Positions 1-11,755 of a stretch of DNA of 64,000 nucleotides are shown here, one piece after another (the first letter of the stretch is position 1; each line of letters starts with the position of its first letter). Under the pieces are notes generated by a model. The model searched no databases, was not told the origin of the DNA, and saw only the letters and a list, made by a program, of their open reading frames with translations. Source of the stretch: Hydrolagus colliei (taxonomy: Eukaryota); contig CM068755.1 of assembly GCA_035084275.1 (NCBI GenBank), positions 7,750,001 through 7,814,000 on the forward strand, written 5' to 3'. Made by a program: the position numbers and the translations under genes.

Positions 1-461
1 CTTATTGTGTCAAGTTTCAGCCTCCACAAACAGCAATCTAACTGTGCATTCATGTCACACTTGGAAAAGCACAACAATGAAACCAATATGGTTCAAACAG
101 CTTATCGTAAATTAATCTTGACATTCTGAGTATTTTCCTGTACAGAACTGCTCTCAATACACCGTTAACTTGACAAATTATGGTTCTGATAGTAGGAATC
201 ACAAACGTGTATTAATCAGTCTTTATTTGGATCCGAATATAAACAATTGCAATCTGAAAAAAATAATGTTTTAATGGTCTTGGGACGTGGTCAACAATGA
301 CTCTCTGGGAACACAAAATATTCTTTAAGCTTCATGTTAGATTGTAAATTCAGATATTATTATTGGAACTAGATTCACCCACTTTTGCGATAGAATAGAG
401 AAAGACACGGCTGACTGTGCATACAATTCTACACATTACATTTCATAGCACAACCCAGTAC

Positions 462-590
462 CTGTTGGTGTACATTCACAGTATACTGCTCAATAAATTC
501 TGTGAAACAAATGTAGTCAGTTCCTAATTTGCACAGGCGGTTTAAAACACTGGTCTCGCTGGGGTGAAGGAATGGCAGGTCCTGCGATAC
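462..590 (-). CDS. TUBGCP4: Gamma-tubulin complex component 4, coding exon 2 (gene continues beyond window start)
   Basis: Minus strand reads ttttgtgccag|GTATCG...CAACAG|gtactg. It is 129 nt, phase 0/0, and translates VSQDLPFLHPSETSVLNRLCKLGTDYICFTEFIEQYTVNVHQQ, matching recalled vertebrate GCP4 (VSQDFPFLHPSETSVLNRLCRLGTDY). Absent from the ORF track. Confidence 0.95.
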
Positions 591-1069
591 CTGGCACAAA
601 AGGAAAATAAATTATTACAATCGCATCAATTCATTGACATCAATGCCCAGGGGACACTTCACCATACACGATGTTAAATTAAACCGAGATCCCATCCCAT
701 TGTTCAAATGAGCAAAAATATTCTGTGTGCTTTTTGGAAGAAGAATAGGCTATCCTGGCAGATATTTGCCCTCATCCCAAATTAATTTATTCGTCATTCA
801 TTTCATTGCAGGAGTTGAAACGTTGCACACGGGTACTCTCTCCTCCATGAGGGCTCTATATAAATGCAAGTTGTTGCTGTTGTTGTTACATTGAGGTAAC
901 ACAGTAGTTGCCATGTTCACCCACAGTGCAGTTACTATCGTTTTTCAGATTTCACTTCTCGGATGTCAATGTGCCCATTTTTATTCAACGAGATCTTAAA
1001 AAGATTTAACTGTGGATCCTAAAGACTTGAACACTTCCAGCTCCCCCAACACAGCGTAACACTAGATCC

Positions 1070-1405
1070 CTGCTCAAGTGCCAATACGAGGCTCCCTCTG
1101 CTCATCGGGCTCCAGTCTGCTTCACGTCCCACGTCTCAACCGCCTCACCATTGGCGGGCGGGCTGGCTTTCTGCCTCTCCACTCCCATCCTCTGGAAAGC
1201 CATCCCGCAGACCCTCTGCCTCGCCTCCCTTGCCTCCTTTAAGATCCATCTCAAGACCTTCCTCTTCAACCGTGCCTTTGGTCACCCACCTACTCTTAAC
1301 CCTCCCCGCCCTCCACCCCTCCCCCCAACCTGATCCCAACCACCAGCTCGGATGCGGATGGATCCCTGACCGTCCAGTGCCTTGAGACATTCTCCTGATG
1401 TGAGA
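1070..1405 (+). mobile_element. L2 (LINE2) 3' fragment
   Basis: Translates GGLAFCLSTPILWKAIPQTLCLASLASFKIHLKTFLFNRAF, the typical L2 ORF2 C-terminus, followed by a C-rich 3' UTR and tail stem-loop. Related copies at about 13140-13330(+), 19180-19400(+), 22050-22255(+), 27130-27330(+), 40590-40815(-) and 47890-48270(+). Confidence 0.8.
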
Positions 1406-1602
1406 CTGTGTAATAATAATAATAATTCTTGCATATGATACAGCACTTTTCACATCTTCTAGACGTATCAAAGCGCTTCACGGAATATACTGTAAAGTGA
1501 AGTGACTGTATATTTGTGGGCGAAAATGCCTATGTTGTTTTTGAACCCACAACCGTTTTGAGCCAGAGCTGAGAGAGCTTATCAAGTGGGACAGAGCCTG
1601 CA

Positions 1603-1610
1603 CTGTGTGT

Positions 1611-1641
<31 letters not shown>

Positions 1642-1703
1642 TTGCCAGGCCAGGATACGGAGCCTGTGAGTGTGTGGGGGTGGCGGGGGGTTGGTAGGCC
1701 GGG
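1603..1703. repeat. (GT)n microsatellite plus poly-G/G-rich tract in TUBGCP4 intron 1
   Basis: A (tg)n run followed by about 16 G and further G-runs. Confidence 0.9.
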
Positions 1704-1772
1704 AGCAGTAGAAGGAGGCGGTGGCTCTCTGAATACCGGGCCCAGTTGCCATGACTCCGGATCCGCTCTCAC

Positions 1773-1850
1773 CTGAAGGCCGCTGCGTTTGTTCCAGTTG
1801 AAGACGCTGCCCGGGTAGCCGCTCAAGGCCAGGAGCAGCTCGTGTATCAT
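1773..1850 (-). CDS. TUBGCP4: Gamma-tubulin complex component 4, coding exon 1
   Basis: ATG at 1850, MIHELLLALSGYPGSVFNWNKRSGLQ (GCP4 N-terminus), donor CAG|gtgaga at 1772. Lies in a CpG-rich region. Confidence 0.96.
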
Positions 1851-1980
1851 GTCGGGAGCGGTTCAGGCCGGTGACAGGGTCGGGGCCGGTGCTGAGACCT
1901 CCCCGGAGGCACTCAAACAAACCACCCGAAAAAAATTAGGCGGGTCCGAGAACCGCCGCCGCCAGCCGCCGCTCGGCATC

Positions 1981-2008
1981 GTGGGAAATGTAGTCCGGCG
2001 CCATGTTT
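1981..2008 (-). promoter_or_regulatory. TUBGCP4 CpG-island promoter with ZNF143/THAP11-type ACTACA motif and YY1 motif
   Basis: Minus strand GGACTACATTTCCCAC (1981-1996) fits ACTACAnnTCCCA. The adjacent CGCCATGTTT fits YY1 GCCATnTT. Both lie 130-160 bp upstream of the ATG, in CpG-dense sequence at about 1650-2010. Confidence 0.7.
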
Positions 2009-2619
2009 GATGCTGGCAGATACTCCCAGCCCTGCTCCCAGTGGGGAGGAAACCTTGTGTGTGGGGCAGGGCAATAACTTGGATGGATTATTTTGGTCAC
2101 ACTTTTATCATTTGGAAAGCTTTTTCTCGTACCGCACTGTACAGTCCCACCATACTGTAGTAATCCTGGGAGTTGTTGGTTGTGTTTGCGATGGTGAAGA
2201 ATACATTGTTGGAGATCATTTGAATGACACATCCATTCTTCAACCATGTTGTAATAATAATAATAATTCTTGCATTTGATATAGAGCCTTATATCATCTA
2301 GACATCTTAAAGCGCTTCAAAAAACCAACCATGACTTGGAACTACTTACTGCGAACAAAAAGATAAAATCCAAAATGGGAAAGCTTTTTCATCAAAGTCA
2401 GGATTGTGAAGCTCCTTGGGTTGTCCTCCCAAAGTTAAAAGTGCTGTGTAACTATAAATTAGTATTGTATCTCAAAGGTTTGAACTCTAATTTGGATGAA
2501 TTCAAAAAACTAGAATATATACCAATAAGCATCAGTGAGAATTGAATGAATTGAATAACATTCTTTATAAAGATTGTGACCATAATATATTTTCCAACAA
2601 GAATTCTGTGTTTGATGCC

Positions 2620-2625
2620 TTTATT
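2620..2625 (-). terminator. Probable polyadenylation signal of calicin
   Basis: AATAAA on the minus strand about 67 nt downstream of the CCIN stop codon. Confidence 0.55.
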
Positions 2626-2691
2626 GTTATTATAGGATACAAAACATTTGCCATTAATATTGAATAGGTAGATTTTTTTAAATATAGTATC

Positions 2692-4479
2692 TTAATTCTC
2701 TGACTTTTGTTTAGTTGGAATTTTTTCGGGTCTTTGGATGAATTTGCACTGCAGTTTGGTCCAACAGCAAGCTGAACTCTCCAGGGCTTCAATTGGTTTG
2801 GCCACCTCTTTCCATATCCCAGCATTTTCGTCTAAAATGAAAGCATTTTTGTTCACAGAATATTCTTTTACATCACCATCATCCATAGCAGATGTTCCAC
2901 CACAGACGAACACCATATCTCTGATGAGACACATCGCATGGCATACCTCCAGTTTGGTGGAATTTGGTAGCAACGGCACTCTCTTGGCAGTTTTAGTTGC
3001 TTTGAATTTCTGCAAATTTACATCAATATTGTGCTTATGGCTTTGCACGCTGAGGTTGTGCTCCCCGTGGAATGCTACGACTGGCCTGTGCTTAAACTCA
3101 ATGGGGAAAGTCAAGCTTTGTTTCACCTCGCCGGTCATAGTGTCAAAACAATCCACCACTCCTACTCTGGAGATCCGTTCATTTATCATACACCTCCCCG
3201 TTGCTATGTAGATATACCTCTCCCCTTTGGTCACAATCTCAGCACAGTCCATAGGAACACTCATTCTTCCAATAGTTGTCCACTTTTCCTTCTTCTCTTC
3301 ATATTTATAAATGGTCGAGATATATTTTCTGGGTGCCACACTTCCACCCACTGTATACACTAATCCATTGCAAACTATCATGGAGTGGAAGACCAATCCC
3401 ATTGGTAGGTCTGGTAGCTTGCTCCAAGTAGACTTGTCGAGATCATATCTCCAGGCTGATCTTAAGCTGGCATTTTGCTCATTTGTCCCTCCTGTCACAT
3501 ACAAGTATTTCTGGGTGGAGACGGCACCCAAAGCTGCTGCTCTGTAAGGCATGTGAGTAACCTTGATCCACTTATTGTCATCAATGACGTATGCATAGAT
3601 TCCATTACGAAAATTGCCGTCGCTACTTTGACCCCCTAGAACAAGTACCACATCCATCAGAGTTCCCTTCCGCTGAAAATTCAAGAGGCTAGTTGGGTTT
3701 TCCTGCTTACGACGGCTCAACACATCGACTATGGCGACTACAGCATTAGCATTATTCTTAACCAGCGGCTCTTCACTACTGACTTCTGAAAGCATTTCAT
3801 CCGAGACTCCATTCAAGTGAATGTTGGAAAAAAGTTTTGAAAACTGTACCTTCCTATCTTCTAAATTATGTTTTGTCCACTGTATGACAGTGTGCAGCAC
3901 CTGGTCCTCACTGTCACCATGTAGGTCTTCATCCTTAATAAGTTTTAGTAAGATATGATATGGACATTCCAAAAATTCATCGGTGGAACATAGGTCCGAA
4001 AATTTATCTCTGATATATGTATATACTGTGGGTGATAAATCCAATAAATCATAGTTCTCAGCTAGCATCAGAGTGTACATGTAGTTCTGTCTGTCCAGAA
4101 TGAGTTCCAGGTACTCTACACAGTGTGACTTAAGTCGTTTTATCATAAAGTACTTTGCCCCCTTCAACAGGTCCTCCACATTTTTATCAGCGATGATGAT
4201 CTTCCCTGTGTAAAAATAATCCAGCAGTTGTTCCACTGACAGTGGGCTCATGTAATCTATATCGATGGTGACTGATAGCTCATCTGAAGGCTGGATGTTG
4301 CAGCTGTAGATTAAATCTTTCACGTAGGGGCTGACTGCAGTCAGGATGTTCTGATGAGCTGCAAATGAATGGGACCCAACATTGATCACCACATCACAAC
4401 ATTCCTTCTTCTGCCTCTGAATATTAAGAGCTTGTAAGATATAAGTACTGTGTTTATGATCATCAAATTCTAATTTCAT
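2692..4479 (-). CDS. CCIN: Calicin (BTB-BACK-Kelch sperm cytoskeletal protein), intronless, 595 aa
   Basis: Single ORF with BTB (F.AHQNILTAVSPY, LLDYFYTGKI), BACK and Kelch repeats. Contains calicin-diagnostic strings recalled from mammalian CCIN: MKLEF, QRKG, MPYRAAAL, KLPDLP.GLVFH, VGGS.APR.Y, ISRVGVVDCFDT.TG, TFPIEF.HRP. Confidence 0.93.
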   Translation of the reverse strand: MKLEFDDHKHSTYILQALNIQRQKKECCDVVINVGSHSFAAHQNILTAVSPYVKDLIYSCNIQPSDELSVTIDIDYMSPLSVEQLLDYFYTGKIIIADKNVEDLLKGAKYFMIKRLKSHCVEYLELILDRQNYMYTLMLAENYDLLDLSPTVYTYIRDKFSDLCSTDEFLECPYHILLKLIKDEDLHGDSEDQVLHTVIQWTKHNLEDRKVQFSKLFSNIHLNGVSDEMLSEVSSEEPLVKNNANAVVAIVDVLSRRKQENPTSLLNFQRKGTLMDVVLVLGGQSSDGNFRNGIYAYVIDDNKWIKVTHMPYRAAALGAVSTQKYLYVTGGTNEQNASLRSAWRYDLDKSTWSKLPDLPMGLVFHSMIVCNGLVYTVGGSVAPRKYISTIYKYEEKKEKWTTIGRMSVPMDCAEIVTKGERYIYIATGRCMINERISRVGVVDCFDTMTGEVKQSLTFPIEFKHRPVVAFHGEHNLSVQSHKHNIDVNLQKFKATKTAKRVPLLPNSTKLEVCHAMCLIRDMVFVCGGTSAMDDGDVKEYSVNKNAFILDENAGIWKEVAKPIEALESSACCWTKLQCKFIQRPEKIPTKQKSEN

Positions 4480-7044
4480 TTTTTAAGGTGGACAACAGTA
4501 CTCCAGGCTCTTGAGAAGATGTGAGTCTCAACTTTTAGATGTTGTGTGTTTGTTGTATCCAGGTAGTGATGCAAACATAAAGTGTGACCTCACAAAGCAC
4601 ATGCTGCCCTTACAATATATCATTGTTATTTAGTTTATAGTTATATACTAAAGTGCTCTGAGACTCCGTCCGGTGTGGAGGGCGCTATATATAAATCAAA
4701 GTTGTTGTTGTTGTTGTTTTGTGATGAATGCACCAACTTTCCTTCAAGTACAGTGACTAAGAGTCTGCTTCCACCCACACAGTGAGTTTATCCAGTGAGT
4801 AAGCTGAGGCTTAATTACTAGGAAGCTCCTAGACCTGACTGATGTCCCATGCTGAAGTAACCAACTTCAATATCCTGGGTTAGGAAGGTTTAAATCAACC
4901 AGGGACCCTGCTTCTTTTCACTATCCAATAATGCCCCGATCGAGATGTATTTTTGACTACCTATTGGGCAGAATAGATCAGGCCCCTGTATTATGCCTCC
5001 TGTAATCAAAAAGCCTTTCCACATGTATCATAGACCTTTGTATCATACAAAGAGGCTATTCAGGCTCACCATGCCGGTACAGCAGACTATCTATTTTGGA
5101 TTAGAACTGTGCCACAGAAAATGGAAAAGGAGTCAAGCACCTAACAGGAGGGGGAGGGTGAAAAAAGTTAACATTTATTTTTTAGAAAAATCTAAATTAC
5201 TCCAAGCATTGTTGAAAATCCATGTGTGATTTGCATTACAAGCAAGCCCTTAAAAGGCTGTCATCTTATGTATTATGTGTAAATGCCATTCATTCAATCA
5301 ATCTACTGTATTCCTTGTGCCTCCAACCAAAATTAGTATTCAGAATCATTTGGACACTATCTTAGAAAAACTTCAAAAGCGCTTTGATCTGATATCTGGG
5401 ACAGGAATGTTCAGCCCTGATGCAAAATAGTTTTCTTGACTTTTTTCCTGTTTTATCGAGATTGTCTCACACATGGCCTCACTTTAAATGGCCATATTTG
5501 CTTTCCAATTTCAATCACTTGTTGACAACAATTTTAAACTACATCATACAAATTTTTTACAATTAAATTTCCTTGTTGAATGCTCAGAAATGTTTATTGG
5601 CAGCTGTAAACTTTGTTAGTGAATAATGATAATCATAATACAAATTATAATTCTTGTATTTAATATTGCACCTATTTAATATTGCATCAAGCCATCTTCA
5701 AACGCTCTACAGAGAATTTCTGTGAACTTTTATAGAATTGTTTTTGAAATGTCAGTAAATGACTTTTTATCTGTCAAACATGTAGCTGATCTTGATGGCA
5801 TTTTGTGCATTTGGCAAATTACAAGAAGAAATCTAAGATACAAGTGTAGCTCCGTCGGGAATTTGTGAGTCATGCCATTTAAAAACTCTGATGACCTGTG
5901 CAGATAGATTCCCCAACTTGTGTCTTTTCTCCTTAATAAAGAGAGACATCAAATGTCTTATTTCACAATGATGACATTTACGGGGTCATCAGAGCAAAAA
6001 GAGCTCCTGGAGCTCTGACAACAAAACAGGCTTTCAATCAATCAATGTACAGATAGCGTGTGGACCAAAATATTTGTTAACATTGTGACTTCTAACTTTT
6101 ATACATTGTTGCTTGGTCACCATAAGAACCAAGACTCATTTGTATGGCAGCCACAGCAACCACTTGCACTTATATAGCACCCTCATACAGGATAGCTTCC
6201 GAAAGCATTTAACAATGGCAGAGCTTGACTGGCAGATGTTTTCATCCAAAAACATTGTTTGTTCAAGGTGAAGGGATAAACATTGTTTATCCCTTATTCT
6301 TGAGGAAGAATTATGTACCAGAGCTCTCTACTGACCAACAGACAAATAAAGGTGGTGTTATTACATGAACGCTAATCAAGGAGAGGGTGTTAGTGTTCCT
6401 CTGGCAGTGCATGGCGAATCATGCTCTTGAAATCACCTCTTCCAGGTGGTGCGAGAAGCAGTACCCCAATGCAATTCATATGGCCTCGTTCCCCCATTTA
6501 TAATGCATGTTGGGGAGCAGATGTTTTGTGGTATCAGTGCGCATTGAAGTAAAGAGCCAGCGGTCAATTAATCTGATCAGATGTTGTGAAGATGTTGTGA
6601 TGTTCAGAAACCACAAATGGCAATGGCATTCTTATTTCTCCATTTGATCAATGGGAAGGTTTGGACTGCCCAATAAATCAGCAATAGAGATATTAATCTT
6701 TGACAACTTAAGAATCTAATCAACCTCGTGTTGAAATGGAATTGGTGCAAAAGGGAGGATCTATTGAATTTTTATCACAAATAGACAGCTACTGATTTTC
6801 CCAGAGGCACAAGTGAATTTCACAGAAATAAATATCTTAAGTAAGTCACACGTTATGGCAAGATTAATGGATAAGAATAACAAAAGAATTCATGGCGCAA
6901 TTTGTTTTAAGAATTCGCAATAATCCCTTGAGTGTGAGAGCCAATCTCGCCTGGGTGGATTGCTTATGGTTTGATGGTTCTGTTGGACAAGAAAGCAGAT
7001 AATGACTTTTATCTGATTTCTCGTCCAGTTTTTAATGACATGCT

Positions 7045-7172
7045 CCAGTTCTGACAAAGGGTTGTGGACCGAAATGTTGACTCACATTCCTTTCTCCATA
7101 GATAGTGAGTGTTTGGGCAACTTCTGTTTTTCTTTCAGATTTCCGGTATCTGCAGTAGTTTGCATTTTGTTT
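7045..7172 (+). mobile_element. Short interspersed repeat, probably a Penelope-like terminal fragment with degenerate hammerhead core
   Basis: ctgacaaagggttgtggaccgaaatgttgactc...tttcagatttccggtatctgcagtagtttgc is homologous to the arms of the inverted repeat at 48452-48614. Confidence 0.55.
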
Positions 7173-8390
7173 AATGACTTTTGTCTGTTTTGTCTGAGGA
7201 AATGCAATTCACAAGGGATTAGGTGGGCATCATTGTGGTTTCTCTCCTCAGACTGAAATGGGTTATTTCTGTGTGGGAACGTTATATAGATGAGGAATGG
7301 TAATATTCCAAACAATTAAACAAATCTACAATGCAATATGAAGTTATTTGACCAATTGCATTAGTGCTGCTGATGCATTTGCACACCTAAGGTAGACAAT
7401 TTTCACAGATAGCTCAGATTGGGACTTAACCAAAAATATTTTTGATGGAAAATATTCACCATTGTCTTGACGCCGCTGAACTTTGAGCCTATTCTCAGAA
7501 CATTTTCAATCCAACCGATGGCTAGGTATAAAGAGGTACACAGGTGTATCCTGGGAAAATTTTCAATTTAATTATCCTCCCCAGCACACTAACACAAGTG
7601 GACACCTTGATCTGATATCTTTTCTTGGGTTAGGATACAAGTAAGGGAGGTGAGTGGACAGAGATTCAAAGCTCCATCCAGGAAAGTCCCACCGAGGTGA
7701 CCTTGTGTACCTCCTGATGTCTTTTCAACAATAGTTCTACCAAGGGTCTTGCCATACCCTGGTTTTGTAGCTGTTTCATTTTTTCTGGCTTTGATTTTGC
7801 TATTTTTTCCAGCAGTGGTTCATTATTATGCAGCCTCCTTCGATAAGAAGGCTGAGATTGCTGGGACTGAAGCCATCTTTATGTCTGTTGTCACTGCCTG
7901 CCTGAACAAGCAATTAAAAGCTCTGTACAAATGTAATTTTGTTGTTGTTATTATTGTGGTAGTTGTGGGAGGGCAGATATAATATGTGGCTTCCAACTGT
8001 TACCAGGTGTCTAGCTGCAAAATGTTATATTCAAAGAGGATCGGGTGTACTTGGGGTTCAAGGTAAAGATTATTTTATTTTGAATGGGCATTGTAGCTCT
8101 TGTACTGCTGGACCACCACTAAGACAACAGTGAAATCTAGAGACCAGACAGACTGCTTTACAAAACAGGATAACATATTTAATATAGGTTGATTGTTTCT
8201 AAGAAACAACAAAACACAGGCAGAACAAACCAATGTACAGGAGCGATTCTAAAGTACAGTACTATGACAGAATATGAAGCACTAACAATCTTTTGTATTT
8301 ATAATATGTCCACATAATGCTTCCTTCCAACTCCAACTCCGTGGCCATCTCCTTGAAAATAGAGCTAGGGGGCCAAATCTTTTGGATCCT

Positions 8391-8498
8391 CTACAAACAT
8401 TTGAGCAGGAAGAAATTGCAGCCAGTGCTTCTGGGACAGTCACAGAGTTTTCCAATCCTTGCTCCCTTCCTCACGGCACATTGTTCTCCGATGTCACA
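8391..8498 (-). CDS. CARTPT: CART prepropeptide paralog A, exon 3 (cysteine-rich domain)
   Basis: ttcccag|TGTGAC...TTG TAG translates [35 protein letters not shown], with the six CART cysteines. Confidence 0.96.
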   Translation of the reverse strand, partial: CDIGEQCAVRKGARIGKLCDCPRSTGCNFFLLKCL

Positions 8499-9107
8499 CT
8501 GGGAATACACAAAAAAAGAGCATTGCTGGGGAGAGGTTTATGTGGTAAGGTGATGTTTTGATCTCCAATCTCCAGGGTATAAATTTACAGCAATGGCTAA
8601 TTAATTTGTAAATACACTGCAGACAATGGAATTGAAACACAGACAACTTTGATGCAAGTTACCTGCTCTTCGGTCATGAAAAGTAAGTCTCAGGGGTGGA
8701 ATTTCTAGAATTAGATAAAATGCTAAAGAAAGTAAACCCCGAACAATAGTTTGAGCTACACCAGGGTAGGGATACAGGAGACTCTAGATTCCGGATTTTG
8801 AAGTGAAAATTTAGCACAGGCGCCAGGAAGTACTTCTTTAAACAGAGTGTAATTAACAACTTGAATGGGTTACATGAAAGGGCTGTAGAGGTCAGGGCAC
8901 TGGATAGTTTATGGTGTAATGGCAAGAGGCTAAGATGAATATTCTGAAGGATAAGATAAAAAATACTGAAGCGCCTTCTTCATCCAAACCTCTTCTGAAC
9001 TTTACACATCTCATTCTCATGTATAATTCTCTTTGGGGACACAGTAGATTTCAATTAGTTAGCACTGTTCTGTAGATCATCATTGTACTCTAGCAAGCAT
9101 CAGTATA

Positions 9108-9435
9108 TAATAATAGTCCTTGCATTTGGTATAGTGCCCTATCATGTATTAAAGACATCTCAAAGAGCTTTCCAGGATATACTGTAAAGTGGTTTGACTG
9201 TATATTTTGTGGGCAAAAAGTGGCAGCCAACCAGGCACAGCAGTATCCCACAAACAGTCGTGAATTGAAGTGACCAATTTATTTTTGGATTTTTTTTTGA
9301 AGGAACTATTATGCCCCGAAAAGCAATCCACCAATTGACTAACAATTGACTACTTACTGCTGGGAAAACAGAGACTTGTGGCGTAAAGAAACTTGTCCAG
9401 AAATCGAACCCACCTCACTGGCGAGGCACTGAGGA
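9108..9435 (-). mobile_element. tRNA-derived SINE with Deu-like core and L2-type tail
   Basis: Same family as the copy at 34151; body gggatactgctgtgcctggttggctgcc and (TTA)n tail. Confidence 0.75.
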
Positions 9436-11082
9436 CTCCACATAAAAATATAAGTGTGAAAGGAGTGAAGTACACTCTAGAGAGGTTATACTGCACCACT
9501 CTGTCTCTTGTTGGGAACAAAAGTAGCTTATTACTATTGTAAATGTCGATTCCTATCTATCAGAATTACTCTAGATAACTGGGGAAATATTAAAATAAGT
9601 TAGTTCACATAGAATAACACGTGGGACCTTTTAATTTCCATTTCTGGTGAGTAATTGGAACATTTGTCTTCCTTCTGGAAACAACTCACTTTTACAGCAC
9701 CTCAATGTTGAACGATCTCAAAAGAGTTTGACTTTGACGCACTGTCAAGTGGAGAGACAGCTTTTTTTTTCCCCCAGGAAAAAGAGTCACAGCCTGTTTT
9801 GAGCAAAATAAAGTCCCGCAAACAGCCATGGATAAGTCAGAATCTCATCCCCACCCCCCGCCACCCTGTAAATAAAACATGTTGATATCTGTCCAGTCAG
9901 TCACAGGCATCAACCAAAAAAACTACAGAGAGAGCAAACGTATCCTTATCCAGGAGTGAGGTTAGTAACAGGTTGTAATGTACACGAGGGGATGATGCAT
10001 AGATTCCTAATACATGCAAACCACAGTCCCCATACACCAACTCACATAACGCCGGTCAACACGTAACATTTCCTGTACAGTATACACCGCAGGTCTTGGA
10101 ATGGACCATCCCCTCATCAATCCAAGTGTTTTAAGGATCAGTGATGTGGCGATCAGCAGGTGAGATCTCTTTCCCCAAACGTGTAACGTGCAGGTCGTAA
10201 AAAGACACGAATGATTTGCACCCCGGCCGGTTTTATTCTGTTAAAATCTTTGCTTCGTTCAGCAGAATAAATTCTAAGTCAGTGTCATTCAAAACCTGGA
10301 CTCGTTTTCTAAGTGTTAATACAAGATATCCGACTGTTCATTTACGCTCCGACCCTCGTGACCGAAAGATATTATTGCTCCTTTGATTTGATTAAATCTT
10401 AGAAACGTAGACATGTCTGCACGAAAAGGAAGGAGGACGCGTCCAGCCCGTGGTATGTGTGTGTGTGTGTGTGTGTGGTGTGTGTGTATGTGACCAGGAA
10501 TAGCGCCCATTGAGCATTGCATTTAAACACTGTGCGACTCTAATAGGAAGTGTGCAATCTAGTTTAACACTGAACTCACATTTGGAGCAGATAGAAATTG
10601 GACGAGGATAAGTTGGAAGTAGGTGCACCTGTCTGAGGTGATCTCCTGCTGAGATCTAAACATGGACTTGTTACAACTCGGGTGACATTGACGAGGGTAG
10701 GACCTACACTTTCACCAAACTCCAGTGTCCCCCAGATGGACGCAGTTTTATTTTGAAAATGTATTCCCATCGTATTGCCCTTCGAAGGTTTCTCCTGCAT
10801 TGCGAGATGGAGTGAGAAGGCTGTGTGAATGAAACTGAAGTTCGACTTGACTAGGATTATTTTCCTTCCCGGAGTCCTTCCCGATCAAGCCTCTGGGCAA
10901 CTCGCCGCACTCGCCGTGTTTCTGCCGCTTGGGACGTAACTCGTTTACTGCGTTAAACGCCCGAATTTGCGGTCACATCTCTAAATGAAGTTATTTGGGT
11001 TTGGTTCAAGAATGCGGGAAAAGGCCGACCAAAGCAGTGTCCGCCTCTGCACCTGTCACATTGCTGCAATTCACGAGATTCC

Positions 11083-11140
11083 CAGAGAGAGAGAGAGGGA
11101 GGGAGGGAGAGAGAGGGAGAGAGAGGGAGGGAGGGAGGGA
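11083..11140. repeat. (GA)n/(GGGA)n purine microsatellite in CART-A intron 2
   Basis: Directly visible. Confidence 0.9.
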
Positions 11141-11180
11141 AGAAAAAATGAATGAAAATATAATGAAAGGTTGTCATTAC

Positions 11181-11264
11181 CAGTGGGAGTTGTCCAAACT
11201 TCTTCTCCCAGGTAGGAAGCCTTTTACTCTGCAGTTTTTCGAGCACTTCTTGAAGAGCTCCCAG
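11181..11264 (-). CDS. CARTPT: CART prepropeptide paralog A, exon 2
   Basis: taacag|CTGGGA...CCACTG|gtaatg, 84 nt, translates LGALQEVLEKLQSKRLPTWEKKFGQLPL with both KR and KK sites. Confidence 0.96.
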
Positions 11265-11755
11265 CTGTTAACAAGAGAGGGAAATGGTTAGAATCCACTC
11301 TGCCCCCCACCCCCCACCCCCTCCAAACACTTAGACAAGACTTATCGTTTCGTGAACGACTCTCTAACAAAAAAGTCTGTCATTTTTGTCTGTCTATAAA
11401 CCGTATAAAAAAAACTTGTTTTGGAGTACTGCGCGTTTGTTTACCTGCGAAATTCTAAAGCAACACAAGTTCTCAACTAATCTAAGAGTATTTTCACCGA
11501 TACTGAGATTTGATCCGGGCGGGACATATCCTCTAAAGTGCCTCTGAATCTCTCACTTTCTGTGGTTTGCAAATCAACTGAAACCTTCAGAGAGAAGCAA
11601 ACTGGGTTAAATAAGACTCATTAAAAACGGCGACTCTAACCTCCCAACCAGCCTTTCAAATTGACTTTCTGTCAAGCAAAATCAACCCAAGACAGAGAGC
11701 TATATAGTAACGCGAGTTGATAGACAGGCAGCGACTGCAACATATATATACAGTA

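Noticed and set aside
1530-1920. 106-aa and 112-aa minus-strand ORFs
   Set aside because: Only the first 26 codons (TUBGCP4 exon 1) are real. The rest is GC-rich intron, microsatellite or UTR.
2738-3547. Plus-strand ORFs of 78-157 aa
   Set aside because: Antisense shadows of the calicin CDS.
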